NCBI GenBank assembly: GCA_951406725.2
Contig: OX597822.1
Location: 109,678,001-109,742,000, forward strand
DNA from: Octopus vulgaris
Taxonomy: Eukaryota
DNA length: 64,000 bases
Reading direction: 5' to 3'
The notes below the pieces were generated by a model. The model was given only the letters and a program-made list of their open reading frames with translations, did no database searches and was not told the origin of the DNA. A program made the translations under genes and the position numbers. Of this stretch, positions 1 to 13,045 are shown piece after piece. Position 1 is the stretch's first letter; each line of letters starts with the position of its first letter.

Positions 1-916
1 GCAGCTTTCCACCTATCGTAGAGGATTTTGGAACGTAGCACCCGCGTTAGTCGAAGGATTACTGTATATATTTATTTATTTACTTATTTTTGCCTCTTCT
101 ACAGGTATTTCATTTATGATTACTCGTAAGCAGGTTCATTACCTAAAAGAACTGTACTTCATTGTAAGCTATTCTAAACTCTGATCAACCGCGTGAACCA
201 CCAGCTACAGGCAAATAGAAAAATATATTATTACTGAAATGAATGAAATCGCATTTAAGTGCAAGTTTTGAAGTTATTTTTAATGCAAGCTTTGAAGAGT
301 GTAGTTCGATTTTAACAGTTATCCTTTCAAAGCTAGTGGACGTGAAAAAGGAGCATATTCGCCATATCTTGCTTTATGAGTTCAATAAAAACAATAACGC
401 AAAAGAAAGTTCGAAGAATATTAATGCAGTACATGGGGAGCGGACAATAAACGTAAGCCAGAGTTAATGGTGGTCCCAGAAGTGCCAAGCCGGAAACTAC
501 AGCCTAGAAGAAGGTATGTACGGCTCAACGAGGACATACTGCGAACCCTAGGAGGAAAAAATCCAATCGTAACTTTTAAGGATCTAGCAGAAAAGCATGG
601 TTTTGGTCATTCAAGTATTAATCGACACCTACGTTCCATGGGAAAAGTCAGCAAATTGGGTCAATGGGTTCCTCACAAGCTTTCCGAGTCTAATCGCGCA
701 CAGAGAGTGAATGTGTGCTCTTCTTTGCTGCCACGTTTCACGAATGACTCTTATTTGGAGCGAATAGTGACTAGTCACGAGAAATAGGTTCTGTATAAAA
801 ATGTTAAGTGCCGAACACAGTGGGTAGAGAAAGGAGAAACACCAGCACACTGGTTTCAACCAGGTCTTCACCCACATAAGCTGTTGTTATCTGTTTGGTG
901 GTATATGATATGCTTA

Positions 917-1146
917 CAGTTCTATATTTAAGACATGAGGAATAATGTAAATAATGTACATAATTCCTCATCCCTTAAATTTAGAACTGCATTATCTAAT
1001 CGGTACGGAGCCGACATTAGACTTCAATGGAGACATATAGAGAAACTCCATCAAAAACTAGCTCGTCACCCACGGGCATATGGCGTAGTGGTTAAGATAG
1101 CTGGCAAATAACCCCAATATTCCGAGTTCGATTCCAGGCAGTTAAT

Positions 1147-1213
<67 letters not shown>

Positions 1214-1368
1214 CAGCAACATCAAAAAATACCTTATGAATGAGAACCCCGGTTCAAAATTTCCCCAAGACACCTGATAAAGGCTGGAGGGTATATCAGC
1301 CGAAACATTGTGTTAACAACAGACAAGATGAGGACAAATATCCGTCAAATATAAATAATGTAAATTAT
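917..1368 (+). mobile_element. Non-autonomous retroelement with tRNA-like Pol III promoter and hammerhead motif (retrozyme / PLE-associated SINE)
   Basis: It interrupts the mariner ORF. A box TGGCGTAGTGG 1081-1091; B box GAGTTCGATTCC 1124-1135; (AAT)n ~1149-1208; HHR motif 1269-1314; 33-bp fold-back 917-949/957-989; direct repeat taaataatgta at 948-958 and 1352-1362. Confidence 0.7.
1269..1314 (+). ncRNA. Minimal type I hammerhead ribozyme motif (degenerate)
   Basis: gacac-CTGATAA-A-GGCTG(gagggtatat)CAGCC-GAAAC-ATT-gtgtt. Stem I gacac/gtgtt, 5-bp stem II, loopless stem III. G8->A and a stem III mismatch suggest this copy is inactive. Confidence 0.6.
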
Positions 1369-1882
1369 GTATGAAATGTTTAGTATACTTTGAACTTCTA
1401 AACCTAAACCAAACGATAACAAAGCAGATCTACTGCGAACAGCTTGAGTGGCTTAAGTCAGCGCTAGAAGAAAATGACCATCTCTGGTTTCGAGACGAAA
1501 GATGTTCTCCCATCAGGATAATGCTCAGCCACATACAGTGAAGATGACATTCCAAAGGGTGGAGCAGTTTGATTAGGTAACGATACCCCGCCTACCATAT
1601 TTGCCGGACAAGGCCACATCTGATTACCATTATTCCGCAGTCTTCAAAATCTGTTGTACGGAAACAAATATGAATTCTGTAGGCGAGGTCAGAACAGTAC
1701 TAGAGAAGTATTTTTCGTCAGAGACAAGTGAATTTTGGAAGAGGGGATTTGCAAGTCTACCAGGCAGATGGAAGAGTGTTGGAGAAAATGAAGAAGAGAT
1801 TAGTTTAGATTTAAAAAGAAGTTTTTTATCTTAATTTGGAAATATGAAGTATAAATAACCGCATTATTCATGGGATGAAACA

Positions 1883-1913
<31 letters not shown>

Positions 1914-2367
1914 CAGAGAGAGGAGGAGAGAGAGATACACACATACATTCCTCTTATATTCTATCTTTTTATAAAAAATAGAAATATAATATTATATAGA
2001 GTCATATGAGTACAATTGAATTTAACCATATATATACATTTATTGATTGTGGACACATGTACACTTCTAAACCTAAGTCCAGCCCACATACAAGGCCATC
2101 TATATAAATATTTCTCTCTTTCTCTCTCTATTTGTCTCTGTATATATACACACACAAGTGGGTTTTTAAAATTTTGTGGCTTCGTACAAATGCAAATACA
2201 GGAAGATCAGTTAATTGTTCCACTTGCTCCACTTTTAGATTCACACACTTATTGCAATATCTCTCCAGATATGTGTGAGTTTTTGTGTGCGTGCGTGTGT
2301 GTGTTCGTGTGTGTGTGTGTGCGCGCACGTGTGTGTGTATGCGTGCGTGTGTGTGTGCATATATATA

Positions 2368-2468
<101 letters not shown>

Positions 2469-2599
2469 CTGACATACATCTAACTATTTCTAAATTACGT
2501 TTAACAATTTCTGAAATAAATACGTGCAATAACGACAGAGAAATGTTAATGCAAATTTGATCAATAGAGCTTCGAACATTAATTGATTTTACAAAACTG

Positions 2600-3950
2600 C
2601 GAAAACGAGCACTTTAGTCTGTAGTGCATCGAACCTATTCTCAAAATGTATCTGTGCACCTTATAATGTTTCGCGCATCCTCAGACCAGAGATTGAAATA
2701 ATTTGAGAAGGTATTGTACGGATATGCACCTTTTATTATCATCCAAGTGATGTTGTATTCCACTTTCCCTTCTTAAGTTTCGAGACCAGGGCTGCTGGTG
2801 CTGTGTATTGCTTCTTGTTAATGAATTGAAACGATGCAATGCGTTTCCAATACCGACATTTGAAGCAGTCGGCAGTTCAGCCGATAATACTAAGGCATTT
2901 GCTAGGGCTCTGACGGTACATTTTTATATTACGTTCTTACGATGGCATTCCTATTCCAGAGGGTACGATATCTTCCTTTACAACTACAATTCTTTTTGCA
3001 GGCTAACTTTCATTCGGTCGCAATCATCCTTTCCTCTATTCCTAATTATAGCTTTATTGTTTCTATGGTTCTAATAGTGATTATGGCATATCATTTTGGA
3101 TGTTTCTAGTAATATAATTATTGTTATTTTCAGCCTTTTAATCATTACTCATATTATCCTTCCCATCGTCTGAATTATTATCTTTGTCAGAATTATTTGG
3201 ACGGACTTGATTACTTCTTTATCATTGCAATCCTTATTTGAAGGATTAAAGGATTGTTTCTATCTTAGCCCCCACCAATGACGTTAGTAATCTCCGGTTT
3301 ATCTTCCGATGATTGAGTTCATGGATGTTTTCTTCGAAGATTTCCAAGCTATGGATGTTACGAATGATAATTTCATTGTATATCTGTTAAAATCATGTGG
3401 CATTAGATTTAGAAGTGTGCCTATCCAATGCAGACTTGGATGATATGTGTAACAATAAAATCAGATTATATAACCAAATGTTGCAGTTTTATATGTTATT
3501 TGGTCTATTATAACTAGCATAATCTGTGGTGGGGCAGTATCTCAGGATTTCCAGTAAGACTTATAATTGATTTTTAGTTTAGCCCTCTTTTAATCTTTAG
3601 TTTTATTTATTGTGCCATTGTCTCTCTTTCTTGTGTTGAAACAACCACCTGCATCTATGTCGTATTTATAATTTCTTCCATTCAATTATGGCTCAGAGCT
3701 GTTATTATTGTTGCTGTATACATTCATATGATATTTATCTTGTTTTCTCAGTATATCCGGCCCTAGCTAATGTTATATTGTAATGATGTGCATCCGATTT
3801 AAATAATGTTTCACTTGCTGAAATCGGGATACTTGACTGGGGATATTGTTTACAATGACACAGGGTAACAAAGAAACTCAGAAACAGTTGATAAGTACCG
3901 AATTGGTCAGTCTTTATCACGTTATCATTTTGTATCTAAATGCATAGTTT
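2600..3950 (-). mobile_element. Decayed Penelope-like element ORF fragment (linker + GIY-YIG endonuclease, probably Neptune-type)
   Basis: Manual minus-strand translation of ~2990-2660 across frameshifts: NCSCK..PLE*ECHRKNVI*KCTV...(Y)IG*TADCFKCRYWKRIASF...LVSKLKK..EYNITWMIIKGAYPY..NL. This matches the PLE Cys-rich linker plus GIY-YIG layout. Boundaries are approximate. Confidence 0.7.
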
Positions 3951-4007
3951 TACTTTTCCTTATGTTCAGTACTTTCTTCTTTATAATCTGATAAAATAGG
4001 TTCAATT

Positions 4008-4042
<35 letters not shown>

Positions 4043-4427
4043 ATTTGTGTTTGCATTTTGATAAAAAGAGTATTTTGTCTCTCACTATATTTATGGGTTT
4101 ATTTTTCTCAATAAACTGCTTTAAAAATACATACTCTGCTATCTCACAGGGAATTGATGGTACGATTTAACGAAGGGCTTATCACTAGTTACCTTAGGGG
4201 GCGTAATTTAAACCTTAGATGGACGATAATTATTACAAAAAATCTCAACAGCTATAGAGATAAAATTATGTCGAAAAATTTGTAGCGACTTAAAACAAGG
4301 AATGTCGTTCATTCCATTTTCTATCAAGTGGCAGCATAATTTCTGCAGTATAATGACACCAGGTAGCCAATAACAGTGGACAAGCTTTGCATAGCATCCT
4401 ATAAGATTTTTAACCGCATCTTATTAA

Positions 4428-4460
<33 letters not shown>

Positions 4461-4461
4461 T

Positions 4462-4542
<81 letters not shown>

Positions 4543-5342
4543 GCACGGAAATGTATATATTTTACATATATACACACACATACACATATTACATACATAT
4601 ATTTCGTATACATGCATGTTATTTTGGGGGTATTTACGTGTTCTTGTGTCCGTGTATTCGTGAGTGTGTGTGTATATATGTATGTGTGTGTTTGTGTCTG
4701 TGAGTGTGTCTGCGTGTGTATGTGTTGGATGGTTTATTTCTCAGAGCATAGTTTGGAACGAAATGCTAGTATCATTTAAAACATCTTCTGCAGTCTTTTT
4801 TTATTTTGTTACTAACTAGTGGGCACGAACGTCAAGTGCTGCATATCGTGGAAGATATAGTTAAACACACACTCATACATACATATAAGCACAAACACAT
4901 AAACACACACACACACAGAGACACAAATATACGTAAATTTCGAACGAAGAGAATAAGTGCTTATACCTCATTGGTGGACATAATTTCATTATTTGCGAAT
5001 TAAAGCTACTGTTGTTTTCGTGTTAAGAAAAATAGGATATTATTCTAGTGTCTGGAATAATATCATAGAAATTAGTACATTGTAAAATGCATGTTCACAA
5101 AACGTTAACACAACAGAAACAGTTATCAGCTTGTGTAGTGAATTCTACACTTTTTGCTGTCTAATACTCTGAATTTCTCGAGCTTTATCAGAATGCTATT
5201 TGGATCTATTTGTCATACGAGAGGAATTGCTGCGGATGCGCATTGGTGTCTGATTATTGGATGTATTTAACCAAATTCGTTGAAAATTGAGTGCTTCATT
5301 AATAGTCGCCTGTAATTTTTTAATCCACCTCTGTCTTCTTAC

Positions 5343-5383
<41 letters not shown>

Positions 5384-6240
5384 ATGAATTTATGAATGTA
5401 TGTATGTATATATATATATGTATATAGATATATGTACGTATATATATATATATATATAAACATATGTATACACACACACACACATATATATATATGTATA
5501 TATATATTATTTTAATACTTTCCTCGTTCCTTTTGTGCATATATATATATATACGTTGTGTGTGTATGTATGTATAAATATATGTATGCACAAATATCCT
5601 ACTTCAACCTAGTATTAATTCATATAATAATAAGAAGCAGGAGTCAATTCCATTATAAATTTCAATATTACCGACAACCACTTGCCATCGCAGTCTTGTA
5701 CATGTTTTTCTATTGTTGCTTAATGACAGTATAACATTGATTCTCTGCAATGTGTATTCCTTCCTTATTCAGAATAATTTACTCAATTCTATTTTACTAC
5801 AATAATTCCTTTATTATATAATAACATTTTTGAGTCGTTCTATTCTCACGAGCACTTCATATCGATAATATTTGCATATCTAAATTATGAATACTATTCG
5901 CAGACACACTAAGTCCAATTTGAATTATATTTTTTAATTTAATATTTCTGCATAATTGAAGAACATTTATAAAATACTCTAAAGAATGAAATCTAAAATT
6001 TTACACCTAAGAAATTGCTAAAAATACGTATCTACTTCTGAAAATGTCAATCTATAAAATTCATTTAGCATTTGGATATGAGATTTTATCAATTCAGTTT
6101 CTTTTATTCACTTTAACTACAAAATAAGGAATTATGTGTTGTGTATTACTTTCTCAACTATGTTGGACGGCTTTCTTATGTTCTCTATATGAACATATTC
6201 AATAAGTTGTGTTATTTATAATATAAATGAATGTGCCCTG

Positions 6241-6442
6241 TTAAAGCCTAGCCAGGCTCATGAGCTCGGTTTCCCGGTTTATATGGCGTATGTGTTCCCA
6301 AGCTCGATAGGACGCCAGTCCATCGCAGCGTTACTCATTTTTGCCATCTGAAGAACACAACGCGTCGCCCGGTCCAGGAATCGAAACCACAATCTTACGG
6401 TCATGATGCTGACACCCTAACCACTAAGCCACGCGCCTCCAC
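6241..6442 (-). mobile_element. tRNA-derived SINE
   Basis: Minus-strand head ggaggcgcgtggcttagtggttagg...gtttcgattcc (A/B boxes). 3' tail shared with the copy at 49346. Confidence 0.85.
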
Positions 6443-7166
6443 TGAGTTGTTTATGTTATACATATAAAAGCATATAAAATAAATATGAATACATTCCCAG
6501 TCTAAGGACCCTCACGTAAGGACGAACAAACCCATGTATTCACCCCCGTACGCAAATATACTTGCTTATGTAAAAACATATATATGTGAACATGTGTATG
6601 TATGTATGTATGTATGTATGTATGTATGTATGTATGTATGTATGTATGCATGTATGTACGTACGTATGTATGAAATATTTATTAACACGCTCTAGAAAAT
6701 GATATGATAAAGGTGCCTACATATTACATCTTAATTGCACGTTTTATCATTGTAGAGAAATGTTCACTACAGAATGTTCCCATTGGTGAATTCTAAAATC
6801 ATTTATATTATTTAAATACTTTCACCGAACCATTTTGTCTTCAGCATTTTGCATTCTTCAAACACGTTTATCTGACAAAATTATATCCTTATTTAACCTT
6901 AATTCACCGAAATGCTTGCGAAATCCACTCTATTGTTGACGCTTGAAAGAGTCGGCTGTACCAAAAACCAGTATGGTTAACATTATTGAGTAAAACGGTA
7001 TTGGTATTTCATACGCATACAAATATAAGAATAATTATTTAGAGCAGTGATTCTCAACCATTTTTAGCTATGGTACTATTTGATTCCTACTTTACTGGAA
7101 TGGACCCTCATAGCCATTCAAAGTCGCACTATATTTTTATAATTAAATATTATTACGAATTTTTCT

Positions 7167-7903
<737 letters not shown>

Positions 7904-8206
7904 CCAAAAAAGAATTGTTAACATATCTTGTGTATTGCAAGCGTATACCCAGTTCATTGCACGTAGATTTTAACAATAAAAATTGTATACGGACCTCCAA
8001 CAGTTATATTAGTCTTTTTATTGTATCGAAATTTCTGCCAGTTGAGCCGAAACAAGGTATCGCTTTATCAAAACACTAAAGACGTGAATGAATACAATAT
8101 TCGAACAGTGTATTCTTGACAAGGTATTCATATTCTTGACAAGCAGAACATCCAAAGCGTACCCTAATATTTCCGTTGCCAAGGAATTACACGGCAATTC
8201 AATACA

Positions 8207-8578
8207 TCTCTCTATATATAAACGGCAGTTTGTCTGTGCGTGTTTCTGTGTGTCTGTTAGGTTGTACCCTCACCCTGACCACGGCTTTCAACCGATTCTG
8301 ATGAAACCTGATACACACATAGCCCAATGTCATAATTCAAAACTAACGCAGCGAAAATTTTGAAAAGTTCCCCCAGTTCTGAAAAAAATCGATAAATTCG
8401 ACATGGGGTCGAGAATCAGAAACACAAACCACAGACTGTCTAGGGGACGAAACTCGACCTTTTTAACTAAAAAAAAAAATTACCATCATTTTTTTTCCAT
8501 TTTTTGGCTATAACTCTCTAAAAATGCTTTATAGTTATTTCCCTTACAAACCCGAGCAACGCCGGGCGATACTGCTAG
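8207..8578 (+). mobile_element. Non-autonomous Helitron
   Basis: 5' A|TC start, subterminal hairpin cccgagcaacgccggg, 3' CTAG|T end, no TSD. The last ~55 bp are near-identical to 23879-24274. Confidence 0.85.
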
Positions 8579-8995
8579 TTGTCTATAAATTAGTCGTCGA
8601 TAGAAACATCGTGCTTATTTTTATATCTTACCTGAGCATTTAATACATAGCTAAATCCACTTATACAATTTTATTCCCTTAATAAGTAGCTAGTATTTCA
8701 TACACAAATAAAAATTCACCGTAGAAATTCTGCATTTCAGCAAAAAGATTTCAAGTTATGCCCAGAATTTGTCAACGTCAGCGAATAAAAAACCGCACCA
8801 AATACTGGTTTATTTAAAAAGCATTTTTTTTTTCTAATTTGCCGTTTAAAAACGTTTCTTCTGTCTCACAATTTAATAATACGTCGTCTTCCATCAGCAA
8901 ATATTTGAGCTTTTATTATATTCCAACTTTTATTCTATCTCTAAAAGCAAATTTCAGTAATTTACTGTCACGTATTCTATCCATCTCAGCTTATA

Positions 8996-9422
8996 TATGC
9001 ATGTACGTATTCATGTATGTATGTATGTATGTATGTTGTACGTATGTATGTAGGTATGTATGTGTGTATGTATGTATGTATGAAGGTATGTATGTATGTA
9101 TGTATGAAAGTATGTATGTATGTATGTATGTATGAAAGTATGTTTGTATGTATGTATGTACGTATGTATGTATGTATGCATGTATGTAAGTATGTATGTA
9201 TGTATGTATGTATGTATGTATGTATGAAAGTATGAAAGTATGTATGTATGTATGTATAAAAGTATTATGTATGTATGCATGTATGTATGTACGTATGAAA
9301 GTATGTATGTATGTATGTATGTATGTAAGTATGTATGTATGTATGTATGAATGTATATATGTATGAATGTATGTATGAATGTATGTATGCATGTATGTAT
9401 GAAAGTATGTATGTATGTAAGT
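8996..9422. repeat. (TATG)n microsatellite with GAAA interruptions
   Basis: Direct reading. Confidence 0.95.
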
Positions 9423-9549
9423 ATTATATATATAATGCCACAAACAGTGTATATTTATCTATGGAAATGTATATATCTATATATGTATGTGTATGCAATC
9501 AGAAGTTTTGGAAGCAAATATCAAGTGTGTATGTGTGTGTTGTGTCTGT

Positions 9550-9760
9550 GTGCGTGCGTGTGCATGTATGTAGGCATATGCAAGCGCATACACAAACAAA
9601 GACATGTATGTATATGTGTATATATATGTGTGTGTGTTGTGTGTGTGTGTGTGTGTGTGTGCGTGCGCATGTATGTAGGCATATGCAAGCGCATACACAA
9701 ACAAAGACATATATGTATATATATATATGTGTGTGTGTGTGTGTGCGTGTATGTGTGTGT
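9550..9760. repeat. Tandem duplication, period ~105 bp
   Basis: gcatgtatgtaggcatatgcaagcgcatacacaaacaaagacat at 9562 and 9667, embedded in (TG)/(TA) repeats. Confidence 0.85.
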
Positions 9761-10359
9761 GTGAATAAGCACAATATATTTTAGTTTCATTGTGACAAAA
9801 TGAGATGTAATTACCCTATAAAAGGTAACTGAATCATGTTTGGTTCCCGATCTACCTCCATTACGATGAAATTGTCATTCTATGAAATTGCCGTCTGGAT
9901 ATTCATTGCGAGGTAATTATTGATGATGAAATTAGGAAGACGTTACTGGACACCATTTTGTCTCGTTGCCTGACACTACAATCTACCAAAAGATTACTAT
10001 TATAAGAATGTATTTTCCTCATTGCACCATGTCTCTCTCTTTCTCTGTGTATCTATCTATCTATCTATCTATCTGTCTATCTATCTAAATTTGTATCTAT
10101 TTTTCTGACTGTATATCTATATATGTATCTAACAATCAATCAACAAATACTCTCCTCTCTGGTCAATCTCTCTTCAACTTCTTCAAGTATCACTTGAAAA
10201 GGAAAGTGAGAGTAGAGAGGCACATTTTGTCTAGTGAATGTTTCAAAAAAGATGGGTGAATGTAGCAAGGATAGCACTATGAATGACGAATCCACCTTGA
10301 GAATAATCATATGAACCGAGAAAAATTCAAAACAGACGGTTACTTACTTGCAAACAAAT

Positions 10360-10632
10360 GTGTTAACATGTGACAATATTGGCCGAAGTTATCGTAGTCT
10401 TTTCCGTAGGCTTTTCTTTCCACGGATAAACCTTATCTGCTTCCACTTTATACTTTACATCGTGACATTTCTGTGATACACGGTCCCTATTGATTGTCTT
10501 TTCCCCCCTTTTACGATCTCTTTTGATCGAAAACCTACCCCACTTTTTTCTTTTATCCCCCAAAAGAAATGCTCTACTTTGTAATCTGTTCCTGTATGTG
10601 TGCAGCCCTGTGTAGCTAATAAAGAAACAAAT
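10360..10632 (+). mobile_element. Possible LINE (Tx1/L1-like) 3' UTR fragment
   Basis: Pyrimidine-rich tract ending gccctgtgtagctAATAAAgaaac followed by an (ATCT)-like tail. No coding evidence. Confidence 0.35.
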
Positions 10633-11141
10633 CTATATATCTATGTATCTATTTACCTATCCATCTATAACGATGCAGGAGTAAAACTAAGGCATTCGAT
10701 ACGGTCCGTAGAGATGAAGTTTGAGGAATGCAGCGTCGGCGGTTAGTCCACCCAGCTCTCACAGGGCATGCATAATATACATATTTCTTCATATTCGAGA
10801 ACCTTTATTCGTAACAGAGAATTCGAGATTTACATGCCAAAATGCATTTCAAACAGATGGAATAATCATAATCGAGACGATATCGCGAATATTCATCACA
10901 TATTATACGAGGATTTCTCGAAAATGAAACTCGCTCAAATTATATTCAAAATTCTTTCAATGTTTGATGCTTACTACTTACGTACACATGCGCAAATATA
11001 CTTTCATTTCCATATTTTTCGTAGATACATACATGCTATTCGCTGCAATATAATAGTATCAGAAATACATAGCTTTTACTTATGCATGTATAGATGTGTG
11101 TGTGTGTACGTATGTACACACACACTCATATACATATATAT

Positions 11142-11477
11142 CTGAGACCCACTTCGGTCACGACACTGACCGTGGGATTGCACCTAGAAAGTTTCCCCTC
11201 CGAGGCACAAGTCCAGGCAAGGTTGTTTATGGAAGACTACCAGTCGCCCATGCAAACCGGCCTCACTTCTACACGCCACCTGTGTTATCGAAGGGAAAGG
11301 TAAAGGCCGTTACAACTTGGCACCTGTGACGTCGAAACTCATTTCTACAGCTGAGTGAACTGGAGCAACGTGAAATAAAGTGTCTTGCTCAAGAACACAA
11401 CACGCAGTCCTGTCTGGGATTCGAGCTCACAACTTCTCGATCGTAAGCTCGACGCTCTAACCACTGAGCCATGCGCC

Positions 11478-11482
<5 letters not shown>
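11142..11482 (-). mobile_element. tRNA-derived SINE with CORE-like central domain
   Basis: Minus strand: gaaggcgcatggctcagtggttagagcg head, then gtgttcttgagcaagacactttatttcacgttgctccagttcactcagctgtagaaatgag. Confidence 0.85.
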
Positions 11483-11521
<39 letters not shown>

Positions 11522-11992
11522 GGTGTGTGTGACCCATCGCCTCTTCTTTGTAAGCTTGCCGAAGTATGGTCAATATCTTTATTGCAGACTTTCCATGTTT
11601 GACGCAAAATTTAAACGTTGACTCTTTCTCTCAACTTCCTGTCTATGACAACATGGCAGACTACAGCATACACTTGATCACAAAACTAAAAACTTCACAA
11701 CTTGCGAAACAAACACAGCAATGTCATTCGAAACTCTCACTGCGCACGCTTCCTTGTACTGCCCTTGTGTTGGTGGTTACAGAACTAGTCCGGGAATATC
11801 ACTTTGTATATGTTTATACACACATATATATATGCACACATACATGAATATATAAAGTATAGAGCCAATGACATGAAGGATAAGTGTGTGTGTGTATGTG
11901 TGTGAGTGTGTGTGTGTGTGTTTGGTATCTGCATACGACAGGTATCTTTACAGACGAAGTGTATCAAAAGTAGGCAGCCAGTTTTAAACAAC

Positions 11993-12249
11993 TATTGCGT
12001 GGGCGCATAATTATTGCGGCTTTTTTCAACAAATTTTATTCAACGGAAACAAGAACAATATTTAACAGAAACATCTTTAAATGATGTTCTGACCGTCTGC
12101 CAAGAAAACGGAAAGCAGTAACTGAAGTAGATGGTGAATATGCGCTGGAATAATCATTTAAAGATGTTTTTGTTACGTGTTGTTATTGTTTTTTTGTTGA
12201 ATGAAATTTGTTGATAAATAAGCCGCAAAAATTATGCACCACCTCTATA
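11993..12249. mobile_element. Mariner-derived MITE with ~95-bp inverted arms
   Basis: Arms gcataattattgcggctt...catctttaaatgat / atcatttaaagatg...aagccgcaaaaattatgc, TA at both ends. The core encodes a mariner-like C-terminus DRLPRKRKAVTEVDGEYALE*. Confidence 0.8.
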
Positions 12250-12499
12250 ATTAAAGCCTGAGACATTCCCCGTTGTGCTGTGCAATTCAAATGAAACAAG
12301 AAATTCTTTCTCTTGAATTTTGTAATGAGGCCACCCTATCTGCACCTGGGTACATGTCTCTTCGTTTCACTTTCCATTTGCAAGATTTTTTCCATCTATA
12401 CAAAAACACACTTAGCCCTCCATCCCTTATATTTGTTTTTTTTATTGTATATGTATTTCTCTCTAATATAATTCTCATTGTATCTTTGCACATGTGGGT

Positions 12500-12544
<45 letters not shown>

Positions 12545-12548
<4 letters not shown>

Positions 12549-12895
12549 CGTGATCGACCAGGCTATTAGATGTTGCTACACGTCGGGTGTTTCGTCCCGT
12601 CACTTGCGTTCGCAGACCGATAGTTACAAGGTGGTGCTAAAATGACCGATCAGTTAGATGTTACAAATGAGCTTCGCATTGTTTAGCCTTCAAATGAGCA
12701 GGCCAAAAGATGAAAGAGTGAGAGAAATTTGTGGCAAAAGAGTACAACAGGGACTGCCACCACTCCCTGTCGTAGGCTCGTGGAGCTCTAGGTGTTTTCG
12801 CTCAATAAACACTTACAACGCCCGGTCTGGGAATCGAGACCGCGATCCTACAACCACGAGTTCGCGCTGCCCTGACCACTGAGCCATTGTGCCTC

Positions 12896-12897
<2 letters not shown>
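12545..12897 (-). mobile_element. tRNA-derived SINE (head/body family shared with 49346)
   Basis: Minus head ggaggcacaatggctcagtggtcagggcagcg...tctcgattcccagaccgggcg; body gtttattgagcgaaaacacctagagctccacgag. Confidence 0.85.
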
Positions 12898-12971
<74 letters not shown>

Positions 12972-13007
12972 CATATATATACACACATGTATATATTTTT
13001 TTTACAC

Positions 13008-13045
<38 letters not shown>

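Larger units (their letters stand above)
243..1887 (+). mobile_element. Decayed mariner (DD34D) transposon, interrupted by an insertion at 917-1368
   Basis: Frameshifted transposase: HIRHILLYEF (N-terminal HTH), GQWVPHKL (WVPHEL motif), IVTSHEK* (IVTGDEKW), HQDNAQPH...PYLPDKATSDYH with 34 residues between the last two catalytic D positions. TIR-like end aaccgcattattcatgggatg at ~1857-1887. The left TIR was not recognised in the window. Confidence 0.9.

Noticed and set aside
1075-1140. tRNA gene
   Set aside because: It has A/B boxes but no convincing acceptor or anticodon stems and sits inside a repeat insertion; treated as a tRNA-derived head.
8996-9760. CRISPR-like or coding repeat array
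   Set aside because: Simple tetranucleotide repeat and one tandem duplication in eukaryotic DNA; no repeat-spacer structure or cas genes.
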